This document shows, piece after piece, positions 1 to 11,761 of a DNA stretch of 64,000 bases (the stretch's first letter is position 1; each line of letters starts with the position of its first letter). Source of the DNA: Octopus sinensis (taxonomy: Eukaryota); assembly GCF_006345805.1 (NCBI RefSeq), contig NC_043000.1, positions 14,260,001 through 14,324,000 on the forward strand, written 5' to 3'. Made by a program: the position numbers and the translations under genes. The notes beneath the pieces are model-generated. The model ran no database searches. It was not told the DNA's origin and was given only the letters and a program-made list of their open reading frames with translations.

Positions 1-1412
1 ATTTTATTACAATAATATTCTTTTTCATAACATCTCTAAAAAATTGTAAATCCTTCCAATTTCAATATATTTTAGTTTTCTTTAAATTTTTAAATTAACA
101 ACGCTTTTTTCTGAACTTCAAATCTCGTGAGTTGGCCGACTGGAGTTTCAGGGTCATTTTTGCGAGGAATAATGATAATAAGAGCACTCAGAGAGCGCAA
201 ACCTCCGCCAATGTTTCTTTATTTTTGGCACTACGGTCACAACACAGAGGGGACACTACAAAGACATCACAGTGAGGACATAAAACATAAAACGAATGCT
301 GGTGTGTTTACGTCCCCGTAACTTAGCGGTTCGGAGGAGGTAAGTTGATTTCATCCACCTTTAGTACTCAGCTGGTACTGTCGGTCTCGGAACTGAAACC
401 AGGATCTCGCGATTGTGAGTGTAACACCCTAACTACTAGGCCATGCGTGGGTGGTGATGGACAGTAGAGGAAACTATTATGAAGAAGTCAAGTACTTTGC
501 TTAAATTGTAAATAAAATAATAGATTTTAAAATCGATTTTAGCGTTCGATTTCTTTTGGACAGGCGTCGTACTTAATTAAAAGAGCATCGGAGGTTCTTG
601 CGGTTATAGAGTATTTGTAGTGTTTAGTTCATACCTTCCCATGATTCCAGCGCAAATTGCAACGAGGTCGATAGTATAAAAATAAGAACGTTCTCCTATT
701 CTTAATAATATATTTTACTGACTATATTTTACATGCAGCGGCAATACACATAAGTTTGTGATGACAACATGATTTCTTTTTAAGATATATACATTATTTA
801 TTTTACATATTTTACAATCATGTGGATTCTAAGAGTTCGTAAGCGTTAGCATGTTTTTGTGTCTGTGTGTTCGTTAGGCGTAAAAAGGTACTGACCAGTG
901 AAATGACGATGGGATTTGATTCACAGTTCATGTTGTTGGTATCGGCCTGGCAACAGGTAATAACAGATGGCTTAAGGTAGTTCTTAGAAGAAACTAGAAC
1001 CCAAGAACAGATAATTGATTTACCGTTTATGAGGTACACTGTAAGAGTTCCATATCAAGATATTGCATGTCGCAGTTGAGATTAATTGAATCACTCGTTG
1101 TGTTTATCTTTCTCTTGATATGAATATACTTCCAGACATGTTACTGTAGCCGTTTTTTCCGTGGCGAGAATTTCACCTAACCGCTATAGTTGAATCTGTA
1201 GTTGTCTCGTGTACAATTTAAATCTTCGATGTTTGTCGATTGGTTCTTGCTGCTTCTTCATTATTTTCTGCTTGGTTATTTTTCTCTAGTTATAGATATC
1301 TTGTAACCGTTTTCTTCATGGTGATATTTCACATTAACAGTATGAGAGGTATCTGTAACATCTTGTATTAATGGTGGTCGCCTGCCTCGAAACTGGAACT
1401 TGGTCGAGTATT

Positions 1413-1512
1413 CTGTGTGGTCAGAGACTTAGTTCTTAAAAGAACTAAAAGCCTAAGGCGAGCTGTGTGGTCAGAGGTTTAGCTCTGAGAAGAACTAAAA
1501 ACCTAAGACGAA
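1413..1512. repeat. 50-bp tandem duplication (2 copies), each with an internal hairpin
   Basis: ctgtgtggtcagag...cctaagg/acga units start at 1413 and 1463; the first contains ttagttct-taaa-agaactaa. Confidence 0.8.
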
Positions 1513-2242
1513 TATTTTTCTGAGAAACCTTGTTTTATAAGCTTCACATGGCTCCCAATGAACTTCAGAAATGGAAAGCTGTGATTGGCTGCTTGGACTA
1601 TGGCGCGAAAATAAGTCGAGACATTTTGCACCAAGTTATAACCAGCGGTGCGAGCGTAGTAGAGACCAACGTGTCAGCCAATCGAATTAGTGTTTACATC
1701 AATGTTGAACCAGCCAAAGCTGTTTGTAATCTCGACCGAGGTCATTCTATATACTCTTCTCAAACAGTGAAGATAGCACTGAGAGACGATATTGCTACAA
1801 TAGTATTCTTCATATCTCTGAAATCGATAAAAAAAACTACCAGCAATATACTGTGGACAGATTAAATTACCTTAAGCACCACTCCTTCACAAACATATAA
1901 CTTTATGAATACTCAAAATTAATCAATGATGATGATGACGATGATGATTGTTATTGCACATAAATACACACACAAGCACTCACACATACGTACATACATA
2001 CATACATACATACATACATACATACAAACATTCTAAGACCACCATGCCTCCTTCTTATATTTCACTTCGCTTCGGTGGAGATTATGAAAGGACACTCCGG
2101 TTTCACCTGCACTCATTAATTGGAGTACTATGTTCCTTATATACTTTTACTATTATATCAGAGAGCTTTGTTCAAATATATGCAGTGCATGTTTATGGTT
2201 GGTTGTGGGATGGGCTGTGCACAAACGCAATTCACTTTCAGC

Positions 2243-2245
<3 letters not shown>

Positions 2246-2278
<33 letters not shown>

Positions 2279-2279
2279 G
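2246..2279. repeat. (ATT)n microsatellite
   Basis: Direct reading. Confidence 0.95.
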
Positions 2280-2566
2280 TGATAATAAATCTAGTTTTGT
2301 CATATACCACAGAACAGTTCGCCAATGTCAAACACATTAATTTTGTTTTCACAGAAATTTATGAATAGCGGTTGAATTCTTTAATCTTCTCAATCACATT
2401 CGCAATTAAACTGCAAAATAATGTTAGAATCAAGGAAATAAAAAATAAGTGCTGAAAGTAACTATTTTTCGGCATTCCTTCGGAGATGGTATAACCAAAC
2501 TGAAATTATATCTTCGGCAATTTCCGTAAAAAATTTTTTACCTTTTTAATTTTTTTTTTTTTCAAC

Positions 2567-2668
2567 AAAACACCGGTTCTCGTCCGATCACCGAAGTTAA
2601 GCAACATCGAGCCTAGTTAGTACTTAGATGGGTGACCGCTTGGGAAACCTAGGTGCTGTAAATGTCTT
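2567..2668 (+). pseudogene. 5'-truncated 5S rRNA copy (about 20 nt missing)
   Basis: aaaacaccggttctcgtccgatcaccgaagttaagcaac...ttagtactt.gatgggtgaccgc.tgggaa...gtgctgta matches metazoan/mollusc 5S; helix gcctag/ctaggt still pairs; 5' end replaced by a T run. Confidence 0.9.
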
Positions 2669-2671
2669 TCT

Positions 2672-2823
2672 ATAAGCGTAGGAGTGGTTGTGTGGTAAGT
2701 AGCTTGCTTACCAGCCACATGGTTCAGGGTTCAGTTCCACTAGGTGGCACCTTGGGCAAGTGTCTTCTACTATAGCCTTCTGGTAGACGGAAACTGAAAG
2801 AAGCCCGTCGTGGGTATGTATAA

Positions 2824-2863
<40 letters not shown>

Positions 2864-3058
2864 TTGTTCCCCTAATATCGCTTGACAACCGATGCTGGGG
2901 TGTTTACGTCGCCGTAACTTAGCGGTTCGGCAAAAGTAACCAATAGAATAAGTACAAGGTTTACAAAGAATAAGTCCTGAGGTCGATTTGCTTGACTAAA
3001 GGCGGTGCTCCAGCATGGCCACAGTCACATGACTGAAACAAGTAAATGAGTAAAGAGT
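2672..3058 (+). mobile_element. SINE-A (tRNA head, CORE-like domain, internal (TA)n/(TG)n, aagagt tail)
   Basis: Head ggagtgg.tgtgtggtaagtagcttgc with A/B-box-like motifs; ggcaccttgggcaagtgtcttc resembles CORE; about 18 copies in the window. Confidence 0.9.
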
Positions 3059-3105
3059 GAACATGGAAAAACACTGTCACGCACGCACACACACATACAC
3101 ACAGG

Positions 3106-3138
<33 letters not shown>

Positions 3139-3351
3139 TACAGCCATTGTCTTTCACGTCCAGGAGCGAGCTAAACAGTGAAACACACACTCGCTTACAC
3201 ACTCAGTCACACACACACGTAAATACACACACGTTTTGTTTTCACGAATCGCTTATGTTTGTGTATTTTGTGCGTATGTATGTATCTCTGTGTGTATGTA
3301 TATTTGTGTAGGTAAGTTTATGTATATGCTTATGTGCAGGTATGTATATAT

Positions 3352-3733
3352 CTTTACTCTTTTACTCTTTTACTTGTTTCAGTCATTTGACTGCGGCCAT
3401 GCTGGAGCACCGCCTTTAGTCGAGCAACTCGACCGCAGGACTTATTCTTTTTGTAAGCCCAGTACTTATTCTATCGGTCTCTTTTGCCGAACCGCTAAGT
3501 TACGGGGACGTAAACACACCAGCATCGGTTGTCAAGCAATGCTAGGGGAACAAACACAGACACACACACATACATATATATATACATATATACGACAGGC
3601 TTCTTTCAGTTTCCGTCTACCAAATCCACTCACAAGGCATTGGTCGGCCCGGGGCTATAGCAGAAGATACTTGCCCAAGATGTCACGCAGTGGGACTGAA
3701 CTCGGAACCATGTGATTGGTTAGCAAGCTACTT
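3352..3733 (-). mobile_element. SINE-A, 3' part; head remnant continues at 5787-5823 (split by the ORF1-only element)
   Basis: Sequence resumes after the insertion as ggttagcaaagctacttaccacacagccactcctgc. Confidence 0.92.
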
Positions 3734-5786
3734 TATTTCATTTAATTTGCCACTAGGGCAGCACACAGAGTAGCTACGGGCTGGACAAAGACATTAATGG
3801 ATGATGGTGGTGGTGGATGAAGATGGTGATGGGAGAAGTCAGAAAGCGCCCGCCGACTTTTGCTTCTCTAAAACAATGTTCTTCTTTTTTTTCAATAATT
3901 TACAAAATTTCAAAAATTACAAAAATTCAAAAAATTTTCAGAAAAATTTCAATTTACAATTTACACTTTTAAAAGTCTCTTCAGAGGCAATAAACCTCTG
4001 TCACAATGTAACACAATTACAATTTTACGTTACCCGACCGATGAACTCTCTTGCTTTAATGACGCAATCGTCCATCGTCAGGCTTCCGCATACAGGTATG
4101 ACTTGCAAGAGATCCTCCGGGAAAGAATTCTCGATCCTGCACATATCATTTTCGAGTAGGACCTCCGCAGCCAGCTGCGAAGGCCACTCGGGATACTCCA
4201 TGCAGGACCGAAGTCCCTCCCATTGGTTTCTCTTCCTCATCTTACCTATTTCATTTTCTACAGTGCCTCCTTTATGGAAGAGGACTACATAAAATTTCTC
4301 CGGCATCACAACCACCGGAGGACACCTGGGAGACGCCATCTGGGTGTTACAGTCCGCTGGTGGCGTCCCGTTCCTCTTTTTCTTTTTCTTTTTACGCTGG
4401 GCCTCGGGAGGTTGAGATTCCGGTGTTGTACGCACCGGGTCCTCTTTTTCTTCCGCAGCCTCCGGTTCCTTTGGTGGGTCGCCATTGCTCCCCACTTTTC
4501 TTTTTCTTTTTGTTGAGGAAGTCTCCGCTTCCTCACTTTGTTTCTCTCCCTCCATTGGTGGGGCAGGGAGAGGCTCTGATATTAACTTCTCCAGGATCCT
4601 ACTCTGGTCCCTGGGGCAGTTTTTCTTAATGTGGCCGGTCTCCGAACACAGGTGTCACTTGGGGGGGGCGTCCCTCAAGTATCACCGGATACTTGGACCC
4701 GGCCATCTTCAAGAAGTCCGGCAAAACCAAACTCTTGGCCGACTGAGTCCACAGAGTCAAAGTAGCCTTTGACCCTTCCCAATCGGCCGCTGGCTGCACT
4801 CTCACGTTCAGGATCTTGGCACTACCACCACTCAGACCCCGTCGGATAGAATCTTCCACCCACTCGGGCTCAAAGCCGGGTGGCAGGCCACAGACCCATA
4901 ATCTTCTTAATTTTTCTCCCTTGTAGCTTGGGAGAAACAAAATCTCTTCGCCCTCAATGGGCTTTCTTGCGAAATCGCAAGCTGCTTTAGGGGAGTCAAA
5001 CAGCAACCAAATCGTTGCGTATTTGGCTCCCCGTTGAATATGTTTAACGGCTGGCATATAGTCTGCCAGCTCGTTAATAATTGTGTCTTTCGGAAAGACC
5101 ATTATGGTGTCGAGTGACTTCGAATATATCCTCAGCACCACTGTCTTTTCCTCAAGTTCGTTCAAATATTTTTTGGGAGGTGTCAAATCCCACACAGTGA
5201 AATTCCTTGCCATAACGTAAGAAAAACAGTTCAAAATGTTACAAAATAAATTAGACACAGAAAGGAGAATGAAAAAAGCAACAGAAGGGAAGAAATAAAA
5301 TTAAAATGGCAGTTCAAAAAAAGTTCTTTTTTTTACAAATGAATGATAGACGGAGAAAGAGAGTTCAAATTCAGACAAAGGAATTAATTTTTCTTTTTTT
5401 TTTTGTTCACTTTTTCGGCCAAAAATTGTATTCCAGGCCAAATACACTGTTGGTAAAACACATTGGTAAAATAACCCTTGGTAAATCCCGTGGATAACAC
5501 AACGACAATTTCAAAAATAATTTTTGCAGACGGACTACGCCGCCTCAAAAACACAATTTTCTTTACACTCGACAACAGGCAGAAAAATTATATCCGGAAC
5601 AAAGTGGAGCCTTATTATCTGCTAAAAAAATATTTAATGCTAAAAAACATTAATGCAAGTAATAAAACTTCACTTCGCTCGCAAAAATACAAAACGCCTA
5701 CCTGCAGTCGAGTCGAAAGTTCAACAATTCACGTTGAAACAACGTGGCATCCGGAGCAGCAAAATAACACGTCCGAACAGTTCAGA
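3734..5786 (-). mobile_element. ORF1-only (HAL1-like) non-autonomous Tx1/L1-type non-LTR retroelement, 2053 bp
   Basis: TSD ggttagcaagctactt (3718-3733) / ggttagcaaagctactt (5787-5803); about 570-bp 5' UTR, ORF1, 291-bp 3' UTR ending ...gtggcaaattaaatgaaata; no endonuclease or RT sequence between ORF1 and the 3' end. Confidence 0.8.
4025..5213 (-). pseudogene. LINE ORF1 (RRM-like region, CCHC zinc knuckle, basic linker, unknown C-terminal domain), about 395 aa when repaired
   Basis: Track ORFs 4626-5258 and 4025-4555 join by removing one base from the G8 run (4661-4668): GRPPK*HLCSETGHIKKNCP = CX2CX4HX4C with the first Cys read as TGA (4655-4657); LRRLWVCGLPP resembles the L1/Tx1 ORF1 RRM. 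Confidence 0.85.
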
Positions 5787-5904
5787 GGTTAGCAAAGCTA
5801 CTTACCACACAGCCACTCCTGCTATTTATTTTTGCATATTATATATATTAGTGTATGTATGTGTTTATGTGCAGGTGTGTATATTTGTGTATGTATGCTG
5901 TTCA

Positions 5905-6183
5905 CTTTATTTATTTATGCGCCCTTTTCAAGCCTAGCCAGGCTCATGGGCCCGGTTTCCCGGTTTCTATGGCGTATGTGTTCCCTTCAGCTGGACGGGG
6001 CGCCAGTCCATCGCAGCGTTACTCAAGAAACAGGAAGAAAGAGCGAGAGAAAGTTGGGGCGAAAGAGTGCAACAGGGGCCGTGGAGCTTTTTGGTGTTTT
6101 TGCTCAATAAACACACACAACGCCCAGCCTAGGAATCGAAACCGTGAGTTCGCTGCCCCAACCACTGGGCCATTGCGCCTCTA
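5905..6183 (-). mobile_element. tRNA-derived SINE with V-like domain (SINE-C/V)
   Basis: Minus strand has head ggaggcgcaatggcccagtggtt and gcgatggactggcgccccgtccag; homologous to 33817-34120. Confidence 0.8.
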
Positions 6184-6287
6184 CATGTACGCTGTTCAAG
6201 TGAAAAGAAAATTGAAGAAATAAAAATTGAAGGGTTTAGTCGTATAAATCGACCGTAGTATTATTTTTTAAAGTCGGGTTTTTATTT

Positions 6288-6530
6288 TATCGGTACCTTT
6301 GGCCGAATCGCTAAGTTACGGGTACTCCAATACCAGCTGACAGGCGATGCTAGGGGACATACACAAAGATACACACACACACACACACACAAGTATGTAT
6401 GTGTGTATGCATGTATTTATATATGTACATGTGTGTGCAAACACACATGTATACGACTTGCTTCCACACAGTTCCTATCTACCAAATCTACTGAAAGGGC
6501 TTCGGTCGGTCCGGGATTATAGATTTTTTT
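6288..6530 (-). mobile_element. Degraded SINE-A
   Basis: Diverged match to the SINE-A body (gccgaatcgctaagttacggg; ctaccaaatctact). Confidence 0.6.
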
Positions 6531-6665
6531 CATGCTCTTGCTTGATGGGGCTGGGATCATCCCAAAAATATCATTATGCGCAGAGCCGACCAGAGCCTCC
6601 AGTGATCTCCATCGCCAGTGCTTCTGTGCCAGCTCCTCTGCATGTTATAAATTACATTAACTAAA

Positions 6666-6897
6666 TACTCTCTTTTACTCTTTTACTTGTTTCAGTCATT
6701 TGACTGCGGCCATGCTGGAGCACCGCCTTTAATCGAGCAACTCGACCCCGGGACTTATTCTTTTGTAAGCCCAGTACTTATTCTATCGGCTTCTTTTGCC
6801 AAACCGCTAAGTAACGGGGACATAAACACACCAGCATCGGTTGTCAAGCAATGCCAGGGGGACAAACACAGACACACAAACACACACACACACACAC

Positions 6898-6967
<70 letters not shown>

Positions 6968-7124
6968 TACGACAGGCTTCTTTCAGTTTCCGTCTACCAA
7001 ATCCATTCACAAGGCATCGGTCGGCCCGGGGCTATAGCAGAAGACACTTGCCCAAGATGCCACGCAGTGGGACTGAACTCGGAACCATGTGGTTGGTAAA
7101 CAAGCTACTTACCACACAGCCACT
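6666..7124 (-). mobile_element. SINE-A
   Basis: Near-full-length match with (CA)n/(TA)n core. Confidence 0.92.
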
Positions 7125-7202
7125 ATAATAGTTAATATAATTTTGCCTTTTGCTCCTTTTTTAAAATATTTTACAAAATAAAAGCGAAAAGTAAAGTAGT
7201 TT

Positions 7203-7312
7203 TATATTTGCCACTTAAATGTGGATAACCCTTAAGGGTGGATGCTACTGTATTATTGCTTGTTTGCACCTTTTGCTACTTAAGGGTTAGCCACATTTAA
7301 GAGGCAAATATA
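7203..7312. mobile_element. 110-bp hairpin/MITE with 34-bp inverted arms, TA-flanked
   Basis: tatatttgccacttaaatgtggataacccttaag ... cttaagggttagccacatttaagaggcaaatata (2 mismatches). Confidence 0.65.
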
Positions 7313-7569
7313 CTTCACGATGTCGTGCAGCTACTGTTTATACCTCGCTCAGAGATTTATTATTAAGATAGTTTTCCCTTTCATCAATGTATGTGAGGCT
7401 GTGAATTGGCAAAAATAGTCGATCACCAAGGGAAATGGAATGAGACAAGTAGGTGTGACTGTTTGACGCTGGCGATATGGCGCGGCTGACTAGACATTGA
7501 ATTAGTGTTGGCGCTTAAAGCGAACACATGCACACACACACATAGACAGAGATATATAAAACCCCAAAA

Positions 7570-7802
7570 GGCGGCGAGCTGGCAGAATCGTTAGCACGCC
7601 GGGCGAAATGCGTAGCTGTAATTCGTCTGCCGTTACGTTCTGAGTTCAAATTCCGCCGAGGTTGACTTTGCCTTTCATCCTTTCGGGGTCGATAAATAAA
7701 GTACCAGTTACGCACTGGGGTCGATGTAATCGACTTGATCCGTTTGTCTGTCCTTGTTTGTCCCCTCTGTGTTTAGCCCCTTGTGGGTAATAAAGAAATA
7801 GG
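7570..7802 (+). mobile_element. SINE-B (tRNA head, Meta-like central domain)
   Basis: ggcggcgagctggcagaa head, B box gagttcaaattcc, gactttgcctttcatcctttcggggtcgataaa; imperfect TSD atataaaacccc. Confidence 0.9.
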
Positions 7803-7857
7803 TATATAAAAACCCACACAAACGCACACATGCACGCACAGGAATATACACATGCAG

Positions 7858-7895
<38 letters not shown>

Positions 7896-8257
7896 TGAAT
7901 GAGAGAGAGAGGGGGAGAGAGAAAGGGAATGAAGAAGAGAGAAAGAGAGAGAGGCGGACGGTAAGAGAGAATCATTACAATTTATTAACTGAACACGATT
8001 AACATAAGCATTTTCTCCTTCTCAGACACATAAAGAGAAACATTTGCACACACATGAACAGAGAAAGAGAGCGGGGAATGAGAAAAACATTTAAAACGTC
8101 TGGTGTGAAATAAGCCAGCGTCGAATCAACGAGGCCAAAGCGGTGACACCAACACGTTTCATACACCAAGCTGAAGCTAACGTTGAAATTCTAACTTTTT
8201 ATGTTGTGAATTTAAATTCCGCCGCCGGTGTTGATAAAAAAAAATACCAGTCATATA

Positions 8258-9043
8258 TTTGTTATTTCTTTATTGTTCACCGGGGCTAAACATAGAGGGG
8301 ACAAACAAGGACAGACAAAGGGATTAAGTCGATTCATCGACCCCAGTGCGTAACTTGTACTTAATTTATCAACCCCGAAAGGATGAAAGGCAAAGTCGAC
8401 CTCGGCGGAATTTGAACTCAGAACGTAACGGCAGACGAAATACCTATTTCTTTACTAACCACAAGGGGCTAAACACAGAGAACAAACAAGGACAAACAAA
8501 CGGATTAAGTCGATTACATCGACCCCAGTGCGTAACTGGTACATAATTTATCGACCCCCGAAAGGATAAAAGGCAAAGTCGACCTCGGCGGAATTTGAAC
8601 TCAGAACGTAACGGCAGACGAAATACCTATTTCTTTACTACCCACAAGGGGCTAAACACAGAGGGGACAAACAAGGACAGACAAACAGGTTAAGTCGATT
8701 CATCGACCCCAGTGCGTAACTGGTACATAATTTATCGACCCCCGAAAGGATAAAAGGCAAAGTCGACCTCGGCGGAATTTGAACTCAGAACGTAACGGCA
8801 GACGAAATACCTATTTCTTTACTAACCACAAGGGGCTAAACACAGAGGGGACAAACAAGGACAGACAAACGGATGAAGTCGATTCATCGACCCAGTACGT
8901 AACTGGTACATGATTTATCGACCCCCGAAAGGATAAAAGGCAAAGTCGACCTCGGCGGAATTTGAACTCAGGACGTAGCGGCAGACGAAATACCGATAAG
9001 CATTATGCCGGCGTGCTAACGATTCTGCCAGCTCACCGCCTTC
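8258..9043 (-). mobile_element. SINE-B tetramer (one head plus four about 182-bp units)
   Basis: Repeated junction aagaaatagg|tatttcgtc; single TSD accagtcatata (8246-8257 / 9044-9055). Confidence 0.9.
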
Positions 9044-9348
9044 ACCAGTCATATACTTGTGCCGATTCAATAGAGACATTACACGTCTTCAAAATTGTAG
9101 TTGTTTTCCAAAATCGAAAATCATTTTATATATCGATCGAATGCAATATCTTTTTTTTTTCTCATATCACTCATTGACTCATCTATTTCACGTGCTCACC
9201 TTTGATTTTCCTTCATATACCTGCTAAAAAATGGAGACGTCACCAATTAATAGCTGTTGCTATTTAGCCCCATGTCAGACTGATCGAACAGATTTAAGAT
9301 CAAAGGCATTTCGGCCACACAATCATTTTCTTTCTTGCATACGATATA

Positions 9349-9890
9349 AAGTAATACCTCGATATACGAGTTAATTTATTCCCGGAGACCGCTCGTAAAG
9401 CGAAAAATCGTAAAACAGCAATAATTTTCCCATGGTAGCAATGTTATGAATGGTAATTCGTTCCCTGAGAAATATTTTACCTATAAAATTTATAATACTC
9501 GTAAATAAATGGCAATAAAACAACAGTAGAATGTAACGAACATCTTATGTAAAGTAAAAAGAATATCAAGATCATTTATAATAAAAAACATTATTATTAT
9601 AATTGTTTTCTGAATCACTTTCACTCGCACTAAACTCGCGCACACTATCATTTGTGGACACGATCGCTGATTCACAAGCATTCGTAGACGGACTTGCAGG
9701 TTTCTTTTTAAAAAAACAAGTCTAGAGCTGTTTGCTTAGAAGCTTTTTTTCGCTCTCTATAAATTTCTCGGTTACATGCAGAAACATTTATTATAGTATT
9801 AGAAACTTTTGCATTTCGTTTAAAATTTGGATCTTGTGCTTGAAAAATTAAACCCGGGGTCTCGGGAAGCGGATCCGCGTAAAGTGAGGT
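9349..9890 (-). mobile_element. Internally deleted Tigger/pogo element with transposase C-terminal remnant
   Basis: QDPNFKRNAKVS...EIYRERKKASKQTALDLFF* matches the Tigger C-terminal motif; degenerate cagtaatacctcg-type terminus after TA. Confidence 0.65.
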
Positions 9891-9891
9891 A

Positions 9892-10588
<697 letters not shown>

Positions 10589-10801
10589 TATTACTGTATA
10601 AGAATCTATCCACTTTTATCACGAGGACTTATTTAAATGACAACAACAGAAAAGTGATAAAGGCATCCTCTACGCACTCAGTAAATGGAACAAACGGCTG
10701 ATTCATTGAGATCAAACTCGCAACCCGCTACATCGAAGCCTCCACCGTTACGTATTTTCTTCATCATCTCTACGTTTTCCTATTGTGAATACATTCGTCT
10801 G

Positions 10802-11126
10802 GTGAAGGCGCGTGGCTTTGTGGTTAGGGGCATTCGGCTCACGATTGTAAGGTCGTGAGTTCGATTCCCAGCGACGCGTTGTGTCCTTGAGCAAATCACT
10901 TTATTTCACGTTGCTCCAGTCCACTCAGCTGGCAAAAATGAGTTGTACCTGTATTTCAAAGGGCCGGCCTTGTCACACTGTGTGTCACGCTGAATCTCCC
11001 TGAGAATTATGTTAAGGGTACACGTGTCTGTGGATTGCTCAGCCACTTGCACATTAATTTCACGAGCAAGCTGTTCCGTTGATCGGATCAACTGGGACCC
11101 TTGTCGTCGTAACCGACGGAGTGCTC
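10802..11126 (+). mobile_element. tRNA-derived SINE with Deu-like centre and SINE-C tail
   Basis: gctccagtccactcagctggcaaaaatgagt centre, then gtacctgtatttcaaagggccggcc...aaccgacggagtgct shared with the 20036 and 60329 copies. Confidence 0.8.
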
Positions 11127-11530
11127 CCTCCTTTCCTTACATTCGTCTGAATCGTTTGTTAGGATCAGGCGCCTTCGTATTTTTTGTGTTCACTCGAGAT
11201 ATGTTGATGGTTATAAGTATGAAAAACCGTATGAAAAAAAAAAATATACGTAGCCTCGCTACACGATTATATTTTATATAATAAAATACGAAAATACGCA
11301 ATAGTTTGAGCGAGTGGTCGCTGGGGCGCATTTTTGTGGTACAAACAATCTTCGTCTGAGTGCCGACCCGTGTTATCACAGCTCAAACCATGATAAGCGT
11401 CACATGGTTCATAATTGAGCGTTTCGTGTCATCCAGGATCAGTATTGAATAAGTCTGTGATACATGTATAATTACATTATACAAGATGTTGGCTTCTTTT
11501 TTTAACTTAGTTTGTAGAATTTGGTAGCTA

Positions 11531-11761
11531 TTGTAGTTGTTTGTTCCTTTTCGAGCCATCGTATAGGTGAGCTGCAAGATGAAAGAGTGAGAGAAAGTTG
11601 TAGCGAAAGAGTCAGCAGAAGTTCGCCATTAACTTCTGCCGGAGCCGCGTGGAACTTAGGTGTTTCGCTCATAAACACACACATCGCCCGGTCTGAGATT
11701 CGAACCCGCGATCCCACGATCGCGAGTCCGCTGCTCTAACCGTTAGGCCAGGTGCCTCCAC
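11531..11761 (-). mobile_element. SINE-C/V, internally deleted
   Basis: Head ggaggcacctggcctaacggttagagcagcggactcgc; TSD aatttggtagcta (11518-11530 / 11764-11776). Confidence 0.85.

Noticed and set aside
818-1865. ORFs 818-1039 (-) and 1530-1865 (+) as Penelope GIY-YIG or LTR remnants
   Set aside because: Only a faint MNCESN resemblance; no GIY/YIG motif or terminal repeats could be reconstructed
4655-4657. TGA at a Cys position read as selenocysteine
   Set aside because: No SECIS identified, an adjacent frameshift is present, and a single TGY-to-TGA substitution explains it
8258-9043. Regularly spaced repeats superficially like a CRISPR array or a ribozyme multimer
   Set aside because: Whole about 182-bp units repeat with no unique spacers; they are SINE-B bodies, and no CUGANGA core is present on either strand
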